Shown: positions 40,206 to 53,595 of the stretch, piece after piece | Numbering within the stretch: the first letter of the stretch is position 1 | Layout of the letters: each line of letters opens with the position of its first letter | Source: Lama glama | Lineage: Eukaryota | Assembly: GCA_028534125.1 (NCBI GenBank) | Contig: CM052818.1 | Coordinates: forward strand, 19,532,001-19,596,000 | Length of the DNA: 64,000 nucleotides | Reading direction: 5' to 3' | Translations under genes and position numbers: made by a program | The notes under the pieces: model-generated | Told to the model about the DNA's origin: nothing | The model's input: only the letters and a program-made list of their open reading frames with translations | Database searches by the model: none

Positions 40206-43200
40206 GTGTGTTTGCTCTCGTCCACTCACAGAAAGAGCTGCAGGTAATATCTGGAACTGTCTGGATCGGGTGAGTGGCTCTGCAGCTTGACTCACAGAAT
40301 GGGAGCCTGGGCAGTGGCCTCTCAGTGCCCTCTTCTCTTCCTCTGCAGGTCCCCCAAGTCCCCTCTGATAAGGACCCCCCATACCTCCTTCCCATCACCC
40401 CTGTGTCCAGCCCAGATTCTTCTGACCACAGAACTCTCTCCTCTCTGTCCCTCCCCAGAAATCTCCCCACAACCCAAGGTCTCTGGGCTTGGCGTCCAAT
40501 ACTCAGGAGTTTAGCTCAGAGTTGCCAGGTGGCTGCTCAGAGAGCGAGGAGGTGAGGGAAAATGAGCTTTAGGAGTGGGAAATTCAAGGGAGGAGCCCTG
40601 TATCACCAAGCCTGAAATCTCCCCATCGGGAAATGGGGGCCCTCTTGTTCTGTGGCCCATGGTCACACCCCATCTTGTACACTCACACGCTGGGGACAGC
40701 ACTCAGACTCGGGAGTAGCTAAACAGGAGACCCAGATCCCACTGGTCAGATCCCACCAATGTGTCCACAGGTTGTCTTCACCACCTCCCTCGGGGCAGGA
40801 CTACTATCCCCTCCTTCTCCAGGTCAGGGGCTGAGGCTCCCAAGGGTGATGGCTGCAGAGGCAGAAGCTCAACAGCCTTTGGACTGTCGGCTCTGGATGT
40901 GTCCTGCTGTGCAGGCCTGAAGTGGGTTCCATAGAGGCTTCTAGAAGGCAAAATGCCTATGAGACCCAAGGATGTGATTCACCCACAGAGGCATTTCAGT
41001 ATGGCAGGCCAGTGGCCAGGGGTCCTGATGGCTGCCCCTCCAGGCACAACAGGCAAGAGCTGCCCATCACCCTGATGGACATGGACCATCCCCAGGAGAG
41101 GGTGCTGGGGGTGCCAGGAGATGCCCAGAAAGGCTGAGCACTAGTGCCAGCCTGGTCAACAAGAGCCGGCCAGGCTCCAAAGAGTTAAGGGAGAGGAGTG
41201 GAGTGGGAAAGAGCCAGAGAAATCTCCCTCCTTCCTGGTGAAATCCACCCACACTGGCACCAACAGGAAGAGAGACGAAATTCTAAGGAGAGCCTTGGCA
41301 GGAGCTTTTTCACCGAGGAACACAAAACTCACTCTGCCCCTGGCCAGGAACCTCCCCACTCCTCCACCTCCAGCAATTCCCCAGCTCTGGTCTCCCAGGG
41401 TGGGGCCAGGAGGGGGAGCCCCCACCAGGCAGCAATGAGGGTTGGGGGGCAGTTAGGGAATGAGAGGATGGAGACACAGTTCCTTCCCTTGGGGAGGGGC
41501 TACAGAAGCGAGAAGCAGCAGCAGCACACGATGCACAGACTGAGCGGAACTGCCCTAGAGCTCTCGGTGGGGAGAGGTCCTGATGGAACGGGGGCAGGGC
41601 AGGCAGCCTGCACAGGTGGCTCTTCTGCAGGGCGTGGGGGGAAGCCTGCCAGGCACATCCAGGACCTCGGGACCCACCCATGTGGACTAGTCTCATGCAG
41701 AGGATGGTCAGCAACAACCTCTGGCTGGCCTGTCCTCCAAGACTAGCCCCTGCCAGACCCCAACTCCCAACCCCCAGCCCAGGATAAAGTCCTAGCTCCT
41801 TTCTGTGGCTGACAGGGGGCCTGCCCACTTAGCCAGCTTCTCCTCTCCATTAGCTCCCAAGTCCTTCCCTACAGCTTCCTCTCCTCACCAAGCCTGTGTT
41901 TGCTTTTGTCAACATGGATGTCTCCTGGCTCCTCCAACCTAACTCAGGTATCCTTTCCTTCCACCACTGGGCCCCCCTCATCTGCTCCCAACCCTGGGCA
42001 CACACTCTGGCCCCTGCATGCCCCGCTGGCTCATCAGATCTTGGGGCAGGCCCGCACACAGCACTTTCAGGTGACATTCGAAAGAGAAAGATTTCTGGGC
42101 CTGGTGTGGACACTTCCTCCTGTTGCCCGAGACCTTGATCTTTAAGAGAACAATGTCTCTGAACGTGTGCCTGGTGGGAGGGAGGCATGGATTTCCAGTA
42201 CTGGGCAAGCATGAGGTCAGAAAGACAGGAACAGAGGAGGGGATTACAGCAGCATCTCATCCTCCTGCGGACCACCCCCACCCCCAACATGCAGACAGCA
42301 GGGAGGCATCTTCTCAGGGGGTCCTCAGGGCTTGGCACCTGTGCCAAGAAGGAAGCGTGGGTCCCTAAAGGAAAGCCCAAAGCAGAAGTTTGCTAAGTGG
42401 TTGCTATGGTTTTGGGGCAGGGCTGTGGTGAAATGCTCCACTGCGTGCAGGGCAGCTGGGCAGCGGCTGCGTACATAACCATGGTAACAGGGTAGGGTGG
42501 GTCCAGAGCAGAAAAAAGGAAATTGTGGGGGCTGGCAACAGGGTAGGAATCCCCATGCAGCTCAGGTGCCAGAGCAGGCCTCAGTGCCCAGGGCCTCAGA
42601 CCCTCTGGGGGCTTCAAGTCCCTGCCCAGGGTGCCCCAGGTGTGCTACTCCATCCTCCGCTGGGCGCACGTCCTTGAGGCCAGGCGATGCTCACAGCTCC
42701 ATCAGCAGCCTGCCCTGAACCAGTCCCAACCACACTCTTTCCCTTCCGCCATTTAAATGTCCTCACCAGAAAATCCTCTGGATCACGTGCAGTGACAGAC
42801 ATGAATATAGAGAGTAAACGTTCTTCTCACCATGGTGCTTCTTACTCGTCTTGGGAGTAACAGCAGGCTATTCTCCTCTGCTTTCCCCTGCAAAACCCCA
42901 GGGCCCCCCACCTCTGGGGGTGTCCTGTTCTGGTTTAATCCATGCATTTAATCCCAGGCAGGGCTTAGCAGCTGTCCCTGCTCCTAGCCTTCGGCCCTCT
43001 GCTGTCCTCCCAGGGGCAGTCTCCCCAGACTAAGGGACATTTACCCCAGGCCCCCAGCAGGTCAGAAGAGGAAAAGCCAAAGAAACGTGCTTCTCTCCAT
43101 GCCCCCATCATCCAGCATGACCCACTTGTGGTCTTTGGACAAGTATCCATGAAGCAAATATGGGACCTTATGAAAACACCCTGGAGCGCATCTCCATTTC

Positions 43201-43574
43201 CTAAGGTACATCAGCCCACAGGACACCTAAGGCCAAGTGGTTCTTGCTCAAATAGGCATTCCTTATGTGTGTGCCATGCATCTGAGGAGCTGAATTATCA
43301 CTACCATCATCTCATCTGGCCTCATAGTACCCTCATGAAGGGGCAGAATGAAACCACCGAAGCCCCCTCTGCAGTCCGGCGGCCAGTCCAGGACGCCTTC
43401 TGCTGCCTCATGGGACTCCTCTGCCAGCCCCAGTCTGGACCCTCTGCTGGCTGCAGGGCTGCAGATGGCATGGACCTTCACTTGGCCCAGCCCTGTTTCT
43501 CCTCTCTGGTCCTGGACACAAAGAGGGTAGGAGAAGGAACTAACTGGTGAAGCACTTGGTAAGTGGCATCTCGT

Positions 43575-43710
43575 AATTCTCAACAACAACCTTCTTCAGT
43601 TCTATTGTCCTATTTTATAGATGAGAAAACTGAGGCCCAGAAAGGCTCCTCAAGACACAGATGGGGGTTTAGGACCCAGAATAGAACCTAGATATTCTGA
43701 CTTCACTCCT
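43575..43710 (-). mobile_element. MIR SINE
   Basis: cctattttatagatgagaaaactgaggcccagaaagg core. Confidence 0.75.
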
Positions 43711-44589
43711 GGCTCTTCCCTGCCTCCTGGTGCCTCTGAGGAAGTGTCCACTAGCCCCACCCACACCATCAGAGGCCCTGGGGTGGCTCTGCTTAGGAAG
43801 CATCAAAGCAAAACACAAGGCTAGGCTTTCTCCATCTGGCCTCAGGTGCTGCTTCTCTGCAGAGAACAAGCTCCTTGGACCACGTGTCCAGGGTCCTGCT
43901 CAGCCCTGCTCTCAGACACTCTCTCCGCTGGCCAAGGAGCCAGCTTTAGGGACCACTGCTCACCCCAGAAAGGAGTCTCCTGGGAGCATCTGTGCCTAGT
44001 GCCTGCCCCTCCCTGGAGGACGCTGCCATGTTCTCCCTATGCTGTCATCCCCTACAGCAGACATAATTACCACCGGCTCTTGAGCTGCCAGTCTACCGAG
44101 CCAAGAAATAACATGCTCTGTGCCGCATCCCATCTACCCAGTGACCCAGGCCGGGCCCACGCCAACCCCCGCCCTCCTGCAGCATTGGGCTCCTGCAGCA
44201 GGAATCAGAGCTCTTCCTGCCAGCGCGGGCGAGAGGCTCTCCCACCTCTGCTGCTCCGAGTGTTCTGAGCTGGCAGCGTTAACAGACCCTTTACTGTGGC
44301 AGCCTGCAGCACGGTGGGGCCTCGTGTAAAAGCAAACCAGGAGCCAGGAGCTGGAACAATCTGCGCTCATCTGCCCAGTCCCAGATGGAATCAAGCCCAG
44401 GAAGCACTTATTTTTTTTAAACCGAACAGTATCCTCAAACCAATTTTTCTCCCAACCAAATCTGAGCCGAAATGTTTTCAAAAATTGCTGAGTCAGAACC
44501 CAGGATTTATCAGGATAAAACAAACACATCTTGGACATCCACAATGTACCAGGAACCTTCGTGTTCATTTTCTTACTTCATTCGTGCAA

Positions 44590-44720
44590 TCCCTCCAAGA
44601 GACACCTTATTAGCCCCATTTTACAGATGAGAGAACTGAGGCTCAGGGAAGCAAGACGCATGCCCAGGCTACACAGGTGGTGAGTGTCCAATTCAAGATT
44701 CAAATCGCTGGATGGCTGAC
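44590..44720 (-). mobile_element. MIR SINE
   Basis: ccccattttacagatgagagaactgaggctcaggga core. Confidence 0.75.
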
Positions 44721-45177
44721 ACTAGGCATGGAGGGCAGTTAGTTTGTTAACCCGCAGGGTCCCAGGCCCCAGAGGTTCACCCACCCACCCACACTCACTC
44801 AATCATAGCCCTTTCAGTTCCCAAGAGCCTGACACCAGCAGCAACTTCTCCCCTAGATGAAAGAAACAAGGGCCCAAAGATTCGGATTTTAGATGCCCTA
44901 GAGCAGGATTTTAGAAATGGCAGAGTCCTGTACCTCCTGGTTACCCAACTGAGAAAATCAGGCTGGTTTTGATACACGATTCTTTCAAAAGCTAGACTAT
45001 ACACTTGGTATTCAGCAGATTGAGGTAATTCCTTTTGATCTGGGGACGAGAATTTCTTCCATGTCCCTAGACACACACTCCACATCTGGGACAGGGGCGT
45101 GGTTTAACTATGCGTCTTTGTAACTCCAGTGCTGAGCACGGCCTGGCACACTACACTGTAGCTGCCCAAACAAGATT

Positions 45178-45277
45178 AGATGGATGGACAGAGATGAGTA
45201 GATGGGTGGGTGGACAGATGGGTGGATGGTAACTGGGTTAGTGGCTGGATGGATGGGTGGGGATGGGTGGGGGGATG
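45178..45277. repeat. Degenerate (TGGA/TGGG)n simple repeat
   Basis: agatggatggacagagatgagtagatgggtgggtggacagatgggtggatgg... Confidence 0.85.
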
Positions 45278-47899
45278 AATTTTTAAATGCCCTTTTGGTC
45301 CCCAAAACTGGATCCAAAACACAAATCTTCTTCAGCCAGTTACAACTCACATTCCCTTGCACTTCTGTGAAAGCATTTGTAAAGTTTCTATGTGCCTCTC
45401 GAAAGACAAGGACTCTCCATTCACTCTCAACACACTTAGCCTGAAGCAAAAACCCTATCCAAGGTACCAGTCCCACACCCAGACCCCACGCAGGCTATTT
45501 CTTTGAGTTCCAAACCACAAAATACGGGCTGCTGATGGACTCAGGAAACCTGCAAACACCCTCTCCCAGAGCAGCTGCTCTGGCGACCCTGGAGGCAGAG
45601 AGCTGTGATGATTACGCCTCCTGGCCTGGCTGTGCCGGAGCAGCTTTTACTGCGGCATAATGAATTCTGCAAGTGAACCCAAGCAGCAGTCAAGACAGCC
45701 AGCTGCTCCTAGAGGTTTCTCCCCATCATGTGCAGCCAAACCCAGCCAGCATTAAAGGGAGAGGAGGAAAACCCCGCTGGTACGTGAGGCCAGGCTGAGC
45801 CTCAGGGGTCAGTTGAGGGGTCAGAGCGGGAGCCCGGGAGGCTGGCAGCGGTGACCACACCTGATGGAGAATGGGACCTGCGGGGAAGGAGGGGGTAAAA
45901 CAAGGCCAAGTGAGAAGTCAGAGGTGGTCTGTTCACTGAGAAACAGTTTGGAGCCACAGTGGCCAGATCCAGACCCCAGGTGGAAAGCCCCAGTAGAAGA
46001 CACCAAAGCTACATCCAGCACCCACGTCCTCCCTCAAATATCTGAAGCTTCTAGATGTGTGATAGGCTGGGTGTGAGCAGGAAGAAACCAACCAGCCAGC
46101 CCTGGAAGAGAGCCTCCTCCTGGCTACAGTGTACACGGCGTCTGAGCACTTCCTCGGCCTTGCATGCCACAGGGAATTCCCAGGACACCGGCCTGGCCAG
46201 CCGGCCTGGGCCCCCAAGTCGCCTGTGTGAGCTGGCTGATCACACACCCTCTTGCAAACGGTAAAGAGCTGCCTGAAGGGAAACTGTATATTTAGGAAAA
46301 TTCACCTTGGCTCCAAGTGTGGGCCACTTTTTAGTAAAAAGTCATTCTCTACTTAGAGATACAGGGTAGCTTGAGGGTTTGGGCAGAGGAAATAACTTCA
46401 ATGAAAGACATCTGAACTCTGGTCCTGGGTACCCAGATCGAGCAGTGGCCACAGAATATGCCTGTGGATACAGAGCCCAGCCTCTGCCCCTGCCAGGGAG
46501 AAAAATGATGACCATTCTCACCGACAGCTATGTGCCTGTTTACAAAGCCCTCCTCAAGCCCTGCCTCATTTGATCCTCAAAGTTACTCACTGGACCTTTT
46601 ATAGATGAGAAAATTGACCATCAGAGCAGTTACTGAATCATGGATGTGATTTGAATCATGCCTGCAAGGATTATTAATGTGTGACTCTGACCAAGACATG
46701 TACCTGTCCTGGACCTCACTCTTCTCATCTGTATGATAGGAACACATTAGTATTAGACTGAATAAATAAACAGTTGTTTTTCACGTGGCTCAACACAATG
46801 CCTACCTATATGAGATAACCAGCTTAGAACCTGGCAGAGAAAGGACCTAAGAAATGTTCCCATTTTCACCTTTTTATTTCCAACCTGTGGACCACACTGT
46901 AACCCTTAGCACAAGAAGGTGACCGCAATGACCTGTGTTTCCTGAGACAGGTGACTTCAGTACAGTTTCACCTGACGGTGTAGATGTTGAGGCAGCTGAC
47001 GGGGGTGCAGGGGGAAGCCAGAGGGTACTGGTCTATGGCTGAGGTTCCATAATTAACATAATTAACAGGGTGTAGGCTATGAAAAGTACACCGTTCTCCC
47101 ATGAAAATCAAATATGGCACTTGGTACCTCCACCTCCACATTGGGCTAACCAACCAGCTAGATGTCCCCTCCCGGGAGCAAACACTGACCCCCAAGCACT
47201 CACTCTCCAGACCTTTCAGGACCACGCTGGCCAGTCTGCCCTTGGGATCCTAACACCCACGCCCCTTCGTGGGCACTCTCAAATCCAAATGAACTCCACC
47301 GCACTGAGGAAGGACACACTCTCTCACCCCTAGACCAGTGTCCCTCCTTCTGTCTACTTGCTGGGGGACCTGCTCAGCCAGAGGCAATCCACTGACCAAA
47401 GTTCTCTAAGCAAACCCTGGCATCACACAGACCCAGGTGTCCAAAGACCATTTGTTTCTGGCTGTTTGGTGGAACCCAGTTTCTTGAACTCCACTTTCAG
47501 ACACTGCTCTCAAATGCATCATTTTAAAACACTTACTTCTCAAACAAGGGGTCCTCAGCTCATAAGCTCCAGGGGGCCCCTCAGTTAGAGGACCCTTGGC
47601 TCCTGCTGCTCCTGCCACCCCTCCTCCAGCTCCCTCGGACCACCCATCCCCATCTCACCACCTCCAAACCACCCATCCCCATCTCACCGCCCCTGGACCA
47701 CACAACCACACCTCTCTCCCTCGCTGAGGCTCCGAGGCACATGCGTGCATGTGTGTTTGCCTGGGGCAGGAGAATTGGGTCTTATGAAAATAATCTAAAC
47801 AGCATTTCACGCATGCTATGTCCAGCACACCTCTCCCCCTCAGCCTTAGAGTCCACAGCACTCAGACACCAAAACCCTGAAGAGCTGAGTAATGAATTC

Positions 47900-48045
47900 G
47901 TTTACTGCCCACCTCCCTCACTAAAATGTAAGCTCCATGAGGGCAGGGAGATTTCTCCGTTTTTGTTTGCTGCTGCATCTCTGGCATCTAGAACAGGGCC
48001 TGGCACAAAGTAGATGCCACTCAGTATTCAGAGCTGCATGAACAA
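47900..48045 (+). mobile_element. L2 3'-end fragment
   Basis: ctaaaatgtaagctccatgagggcaggga...catctagaacagggcctggcacaaagtagatg. Confidence 0.8.
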
Positions 48046-48468
48046 GCGTCTTGCACAGGCACCCGTACCTCTGTGAATGCCTGCTGCCCCACAGGGGAGG
48101 AGCAGAGGCTCACAGAGACTAGGACACCTGCCCAGGGCCCTCAGCTGCTGAGAAGCAGAGCTGGGCTCTGCATCCGCGCCTCTGCCTTGAAAGCACACGT
48201 TCCTCTACCCTCTTCCGTCGTCACATACCCAGCACAGAGCTGTTCATGCAACATTCGGTTGACTTGCTAAGACCTTTTGTAATTACAGCAGCCGCGGATA
48301 AGGGCTGGTTAGCTCAGTCCATGCCCACACCTAAATCTCATGACAAGCCTCACCCCTGGCATCGGGGAGCGTGAGCTTCAGGCCCCACGTGGTAGCCTGT
48401 GCCCGAGCCCCACAGCCCCACCTCACAGTGCAGAGGCAGGAGGCCCGGGAGGAGGCCCTGGAGCTTAC

Positions 48469-48532
48469 CATGGACTCGCTGATGAGCAGCAGCAGGAGGG
48501 CTTCCTCGATGTTGTCTTTCGGGCAGTAGAGG
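48469..48532 (-). CDS. TTC7A: TTC7A exon 8 (64 nt): LYCPKDNIEEALLLLLISESM
   Basis: Acceptor ttccag|C CTC, donor ATG|gtaagc; peptide in ORF 48331..48579. Confidence 0.96.
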
Positions 48533-49146
48533 CTGGAAGACACAAACGGCAGCCCGGCTCCAGCGTGCTGGCCCGCCACACTGGCCCTGCTGCCCCGGAG
48601 TCAGCACCTGCCCTGGTAAGGTGACCCTCTCCTGCATAATTCACGGGCACCGGATCCCACTGGCAGCTCTTTATCGTGCCCCAGAGTTATGGATCGAAAA
48701 GGCTGCAGTGGACCTAAGGCTGGAAATCCTGCGATGCTCTTGAGGGGAAATGCCCCTTCCAGCCCCCAGCACTGCATGAAGCAGCTGGGGCGAGGAGCAG
48801 AGAAGCACAAGGAAGCAGCTTTGCTGGGCCGCTCACAGGGCCCATCTTCCATTATTGGCATAAGCAAGACTGAAGGTGCATTAGGACTACTGGGAAGGTA
48901 GGTATCCCCAAATAATTTATTTGGCCTTTGGATGCCTTATAGGATCCCCTGAGCCCCGCATCCTCCACCCCCAAGACCTGCCTTCTTCTCTAGTCTGGCT
49001 CCTGCTGATACTGAAGAGCCTGCCTGGCAGTGAGCTGGGTGGTGGCTGGAGAAGAGCGTGGGGCAGAGAGAGGGGCCACCAGTGGGGCTCAAACCCCAGG
49101 TATGATGGCATGAGCCTGGCATGGTCCCCAGAGCAGGTAGGGCTTA

Positions 49147-49362
<216 letters not shown>

Positions 49363-50130
49363 CTAGCAGGCCCTCCACCCACCACCCAGCCAAATCTGCC
49401 TGCTTGCAATGCACTCTCCTTCCGGGAGGCCCACCACTCCACTCCCAAGGAGCCCCCTCACTTCTCTGTGTCCCCATCATTGAGCTGTCCCACCCCTTCT
49501 GTTGGCCTCTGATGGCTCCTCCTTTATCTTTTGTCCTTGCTCCTCTCCTAGACAAGAGGTGCATTTCCTTCGCCTCCTGGCCCCAGGGAGCCTGGTACAG
49601 CTCTGAGTTCATAGGCCCTTGCAGAGCATAAAGCCACCAGCACAGGCAGCTCTCTCCATCAGATAACTTTCTGATATTGGACTGAAAATTCTAGGGCGAG
49701 AGCAGCTGTGGCCCTGATTTGGGGTGAATAAAAGCCTAAGAAGGCAGGCGGGAACTGGGGCAGGAAAGCAAGCTCAGGTTATCTATTAAGATCATAAACA
49801 AATCTCTTAAGAATTAGCTCACCACCTTGCTAGGAAGGGATGACAGGCGGTTTCAGCTCTGATCTAATGCTAGGGGTTACGTGTAGCACTGTGATGAGAA
49901 GGATGCTGAGGACACATCCTAGGCTGAGAGGAAAGGAATGCTGAGATTGACTAACAATGTCTGCTGCGAGCACAACAGGGAGAGGACAAGCATGCATGCA
50001 ACACATGGTCATCCCTGATTCAGGGGCTGCCTGCTAGGACTTCTGCTGTTTCCCACTGAAATCGACCCCTGAATAAACCGAATAAACCAGCCACAGCCAG
50101 CACCCAGCCCTGGGGCCTCCTCCGTGTTAC

Positions 50131-50209
50131 CACTTTGAAGTTCTGAGTTGCTTTGGTCTCCACAGAGCGCAGGACCTCCCGGAGCTCTCTCATGCCTTTT
50201 ACGATGTTC
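50131..50209 (-). CDS. TTC7A: TTC7A exon 6 (79 nt): [26 protein letters not shown]
   Basis: Not in the ORF track; read manually. Acceptor cccactag|G AAC, donor AAA GTG|gtaaca; phase matches both neighbours. Confidence 0.95.
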
Positions 50210-50702
50210 CTAGTGGGAAGACAGCAGAGGCAGGGTCATTACCAGCCTAGTTCCCACAAATGCAGCCTCATCAAACCTGCAGATGCTAGAAGGACTGTTT
50301 GACTGTTACTTAAAAACATCCAACAATTGGCATGAAAGGTCAGAATTGTAACACCAGGATCCTAGAGGCCCAGCACATCACTGATCAAAGAACAAGAAGG
50401 CTCCTTCTTGCCTATGGCCTCCCCAGACACTCAGGCCTCCAGTTCACCACCAGAAAGGGACCAAGACTGAGTATTTCAAACAAGATGTTATCTTGGCCCA
50501 AGTGCTTTGGGCTGGTGTCAGACTTTCTGACTTGAATCAGCCTCAAATTCTCCATCTTCACCTGCCACATCTGGTCTACACTGAAATCCATTCTCACCAA
50601 TCTGTCCCTACCACCAGGGCCCCAGACTGGCCTGCATCACCTGGGGCCTAGACGACAGTGACAGCTGGTCTCACCCTCTCCAGTCAGCCCCCTGTGCCTT
50701 AA

Positions 50703-50950
50703 AGTCATTTTCAAGCTTTTTAAAGTGTGATCCATAGTAAAAACTACATTTGACATTGCAACCCCATATATATGCACACATTGCTTACATGAAACTCAAG
50801 TTTCTATCTCTACTACATGCAATGCAATCCACTCTGATATTTTCTATTTTATGTCTCCCCCTACTTTCCTATGTTTAAAATGCTGGTTGCAGCCCACTAA
50901 ACAGATTTTGCAACCCACTAATGGCTGTGGCCTGAGTTTGAAAAACTGCA
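50703..50950 (+). mobile_element. MER119-like hAT-Charlie fossil
   Basis: cactctgatattttctatttt...aaaatgctggttgcagcccactaaacagattttgcaacccactaatgg...gtttgaaaaactg. Confidence 0.7.
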
Positions 50951-52024
50951 CCTCACTGCTCCTGGAGGGCTCTGCCGGACATGCAAAAGTCATCTTCTTC
51001 CTCCCCAGGTTGGCCCTTCATCAGTGCCCCCAGGCTTACAGAATCCAGTCCGGGCCCTCAGCATGGCATCCCAGGACTGTTGGGTCTGCCCCTTGCCTCT
51101 CTGCCATCTCATCTCCTGCCACTCAAGTCCCTTTTGAACAACTATCCACAGTTACCAATGCCAAATCTTGGCACAGGCTTCTCCCACTGCCTAAAAGAGT
51201 CCTTCCCCTATTCATCCTTAAAAAAACTTGTGTTTTCAAACATAACTTTCCAACATCATTTTTTCCCTGCAGCCTTCCCAGGCCTCTCCCCACATGTGAC
51301 CCTCCCGACTGCATAGCTCTTGCCCTGTGTTAACTCCTCTTTTGAAGCAAGCATGGCATTTTGCAGTTATTTTCCATTTACAGGCTGACCCTTTGGCACT
51401 GTGCATCCCCTGAGGGCAGGGCTCCTGTCTTGTTCCTGAAGCTCAGCCCTGGCATGTGGCGTGTTCCGCAAATGTCTGAGGACCATCCTCCTCACTTGTT
51501 CCAGGGGTTCCCTGGATCACAGCTTACAAGGGAAAGCAGAGGCTTGCCAGGCCAGTAAATTTAGAAATGAGAGATCACAGAGGGTGAAAACCCAAAGGTG
51601 GAGGCCAGGACAGTCACGTGAGCCCCTCCTGCATCTTTCATGCATGAAAAAGATTCCTGGGAGCTTTGGAGCCTGGAGCCATAAAAAGATACGACATCAA
51701 TTCCCTGCCTTCTGGGAACCTCTGGTTTCAGACAAGCAAGCCCCAAATGTGCAAACAACCAACATTATAAACTCAGATCCCTGTTCATAAGGCTGAGAAC
51801 AGAGATAAAGACCTGTGGGATAGAGTCAGAGTCACAACGATCTTCCCTAGTCTGCTTAGAACTGCTGAAGAACCAGGAGGGGCCGGTAGCACAGGGCATC
51901 ACAGGGCCCTGAGACAGTTCATGCCTGGGCACTGCTGCTGAGGGCCATGTGGCCCAAGGAGGGGCTCACCCGTGTGGGTTGTGCATGGTCCCTTCCTCTA
52001 TAAAACCAGGCCCTCAGCTTCAAT

Positions 52025-52334
52025 CAGCATCTCCCAGACTCGGTCATCTGCACACCACATCTATAATTTTTGCCTAGCTGTACACCATCAGTGTTATTAT
52101 TCTGTGTAATGCTTTTCTTTTTATCTTCTTCCTTTTTATTTCAGTAACTATCTCATTTTAATCAAAAATACCTGAAATCATGGATTTGGTGTACCTAGTT
52201 GTTTTGTTTCAGGGTTTTTTTTTTTGCCAATAATTATTAAATACAGAAGTACTTTTAAAAAGTTAGTCTATGCATCACTTAAAATCACCTTGTGTATCCC
52301 TAGAAGTCCTCATCCCGCACTTTGAGAAACAATG
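52025..52334 (+). mobile_element. MER113-like hAT-Charlie fossil
   Basis: Ends cttaaaatcaccttgtgtatccctag...cgcactttgagaaacaatg; internal gaaatcatggatttggtgtacctagtt. Confidence 0.6.
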
Positions 52335-52340
52335 GTTTAG

Positions 52341-52520
52341 ACCACAGGTCTAAAGTGGGACCAACAGCATCAGCATCCTGGGAACTTATTTGAAATGCAA
52401 ATTCTGAGCCTTCCCCACTCCAGATCCGCTGAATCAGAAGATCTGATGTAAAGCCCAGCAATCCACATTTTTGTCAAGTTTCCAGAGGGTTCCAATGACA
52501 CTCAAGTTTGAGAACCATTG
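52341..52520 (+). mobile_element. MER5A-like element
   Basis: accaacagcatcagcatcctgggaactt...gaaatgcaaattctgag...gaatcagaa...aagtttgagaaccattg. Confidence 0.8.
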
Positions 52521-53469
52521 GTTTAGATGATCCCCAGCGTCTTCTAGTGCTCCCCTGCTTATAAGTCAGGTTCTAGAAGGGACAACCCGAGCTTTGCAAC
52601 CAGGTCCTAAATCTGTAATCTAGGAAAAAAGGTAGCCTGAGTCCTAGTCTCCCCGTCTGTAGGAGGAGTCCTCTTTTGCTCACAGTGCTGTCAGGAAATG
52701 AATGTATGTGAAGCCCCAAGCACACCAGGCATGTGGTAGAGGCTCAATGAATATTAGTCATTTTCCTTTCCCCTTCTAATTAGGGTCCGAAAGATCATAT
52801 TACTTATGTTTTAGTTTGCCACATCATTTTGCATGAAATTTCAGGAGCTAACGGGGAGGGGAGGGGAATAAAGTAATCGAGGCGCTCCTCCAGCTTTGTG
52901 TCCATCTTTCCTTCCATTAGCCCTGCCTCCTCAGGGGACAGAAGAACAGGATTCCTTGGCAGGCAAACCACACCCAGGGACAGGCTGGGAGCCCCCACAA
53001 GCCTGAGTGGGAGAGTCTGCAGCAGAAGTCCTTCAGGCCCACCAGGCCTCCACCTTAGAAAAGAACCCGGAGCTGGACAGCAGGCCACAGGCCCGGCGAG
53101 CTGAGGGGAAAACCCGACGACAGCCATTACCAGGCAAGAGGAAAAAGACACACACAGCGCCAACTTCCAGAAAAGGGAGGAAAGGGTTGGTTCTGGGAAC
53201 TCAGTCTGCAGGAGAGCTCTGCCCTGGCAGCTGGGCCAAATGGCCACATGCTGAGGTGGGCTGGACCCTGGGGCTGCCCCGGAGGAGGCCGGCAGCTCGC
53301 AGACCTGTGGGTGATTTTCCACTCTGTGGGCTACCTGCCAGTCTCCTGCCTGGCAGCCCAGCCCAGGCTGCTCCCAGGAGGCCAGGGCCAAGAGGGACCA
53401 TGGCCCCTTCATCCCACTGCGATGCAAGGATTGTCGTCTGCCTTTAGTTTCTCCATCATCGACGCTCAG

Positions 53470-53595
53470 CACGCTCCCAGACCAGCAGCACTGGCATCGC
53501 CGGGGGGCGTGGGAGAAATGCAGACTCCCAGGGACCCTGCCTCCCCCAATACACACACAACTGAGGAAAGAAAGCTGCATTTTAACAAGATCCAA
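53470..53595 (+). mobile_element. MER5A-like fragment
   Basis: agaccagcagcactggcatc...agaaatgcagactcccagg...ctgcattttaacaagatcc. Confidence 0.65.

Noticed and set aside
52804..53595. Longest ORF in the track (263 aa, minus strand)
   Set aside because: Starts inside a MER5A-like fossil, has low-complexity GC-driven composition and no recognisable domain. Expected by chance in a GC-rich intron.
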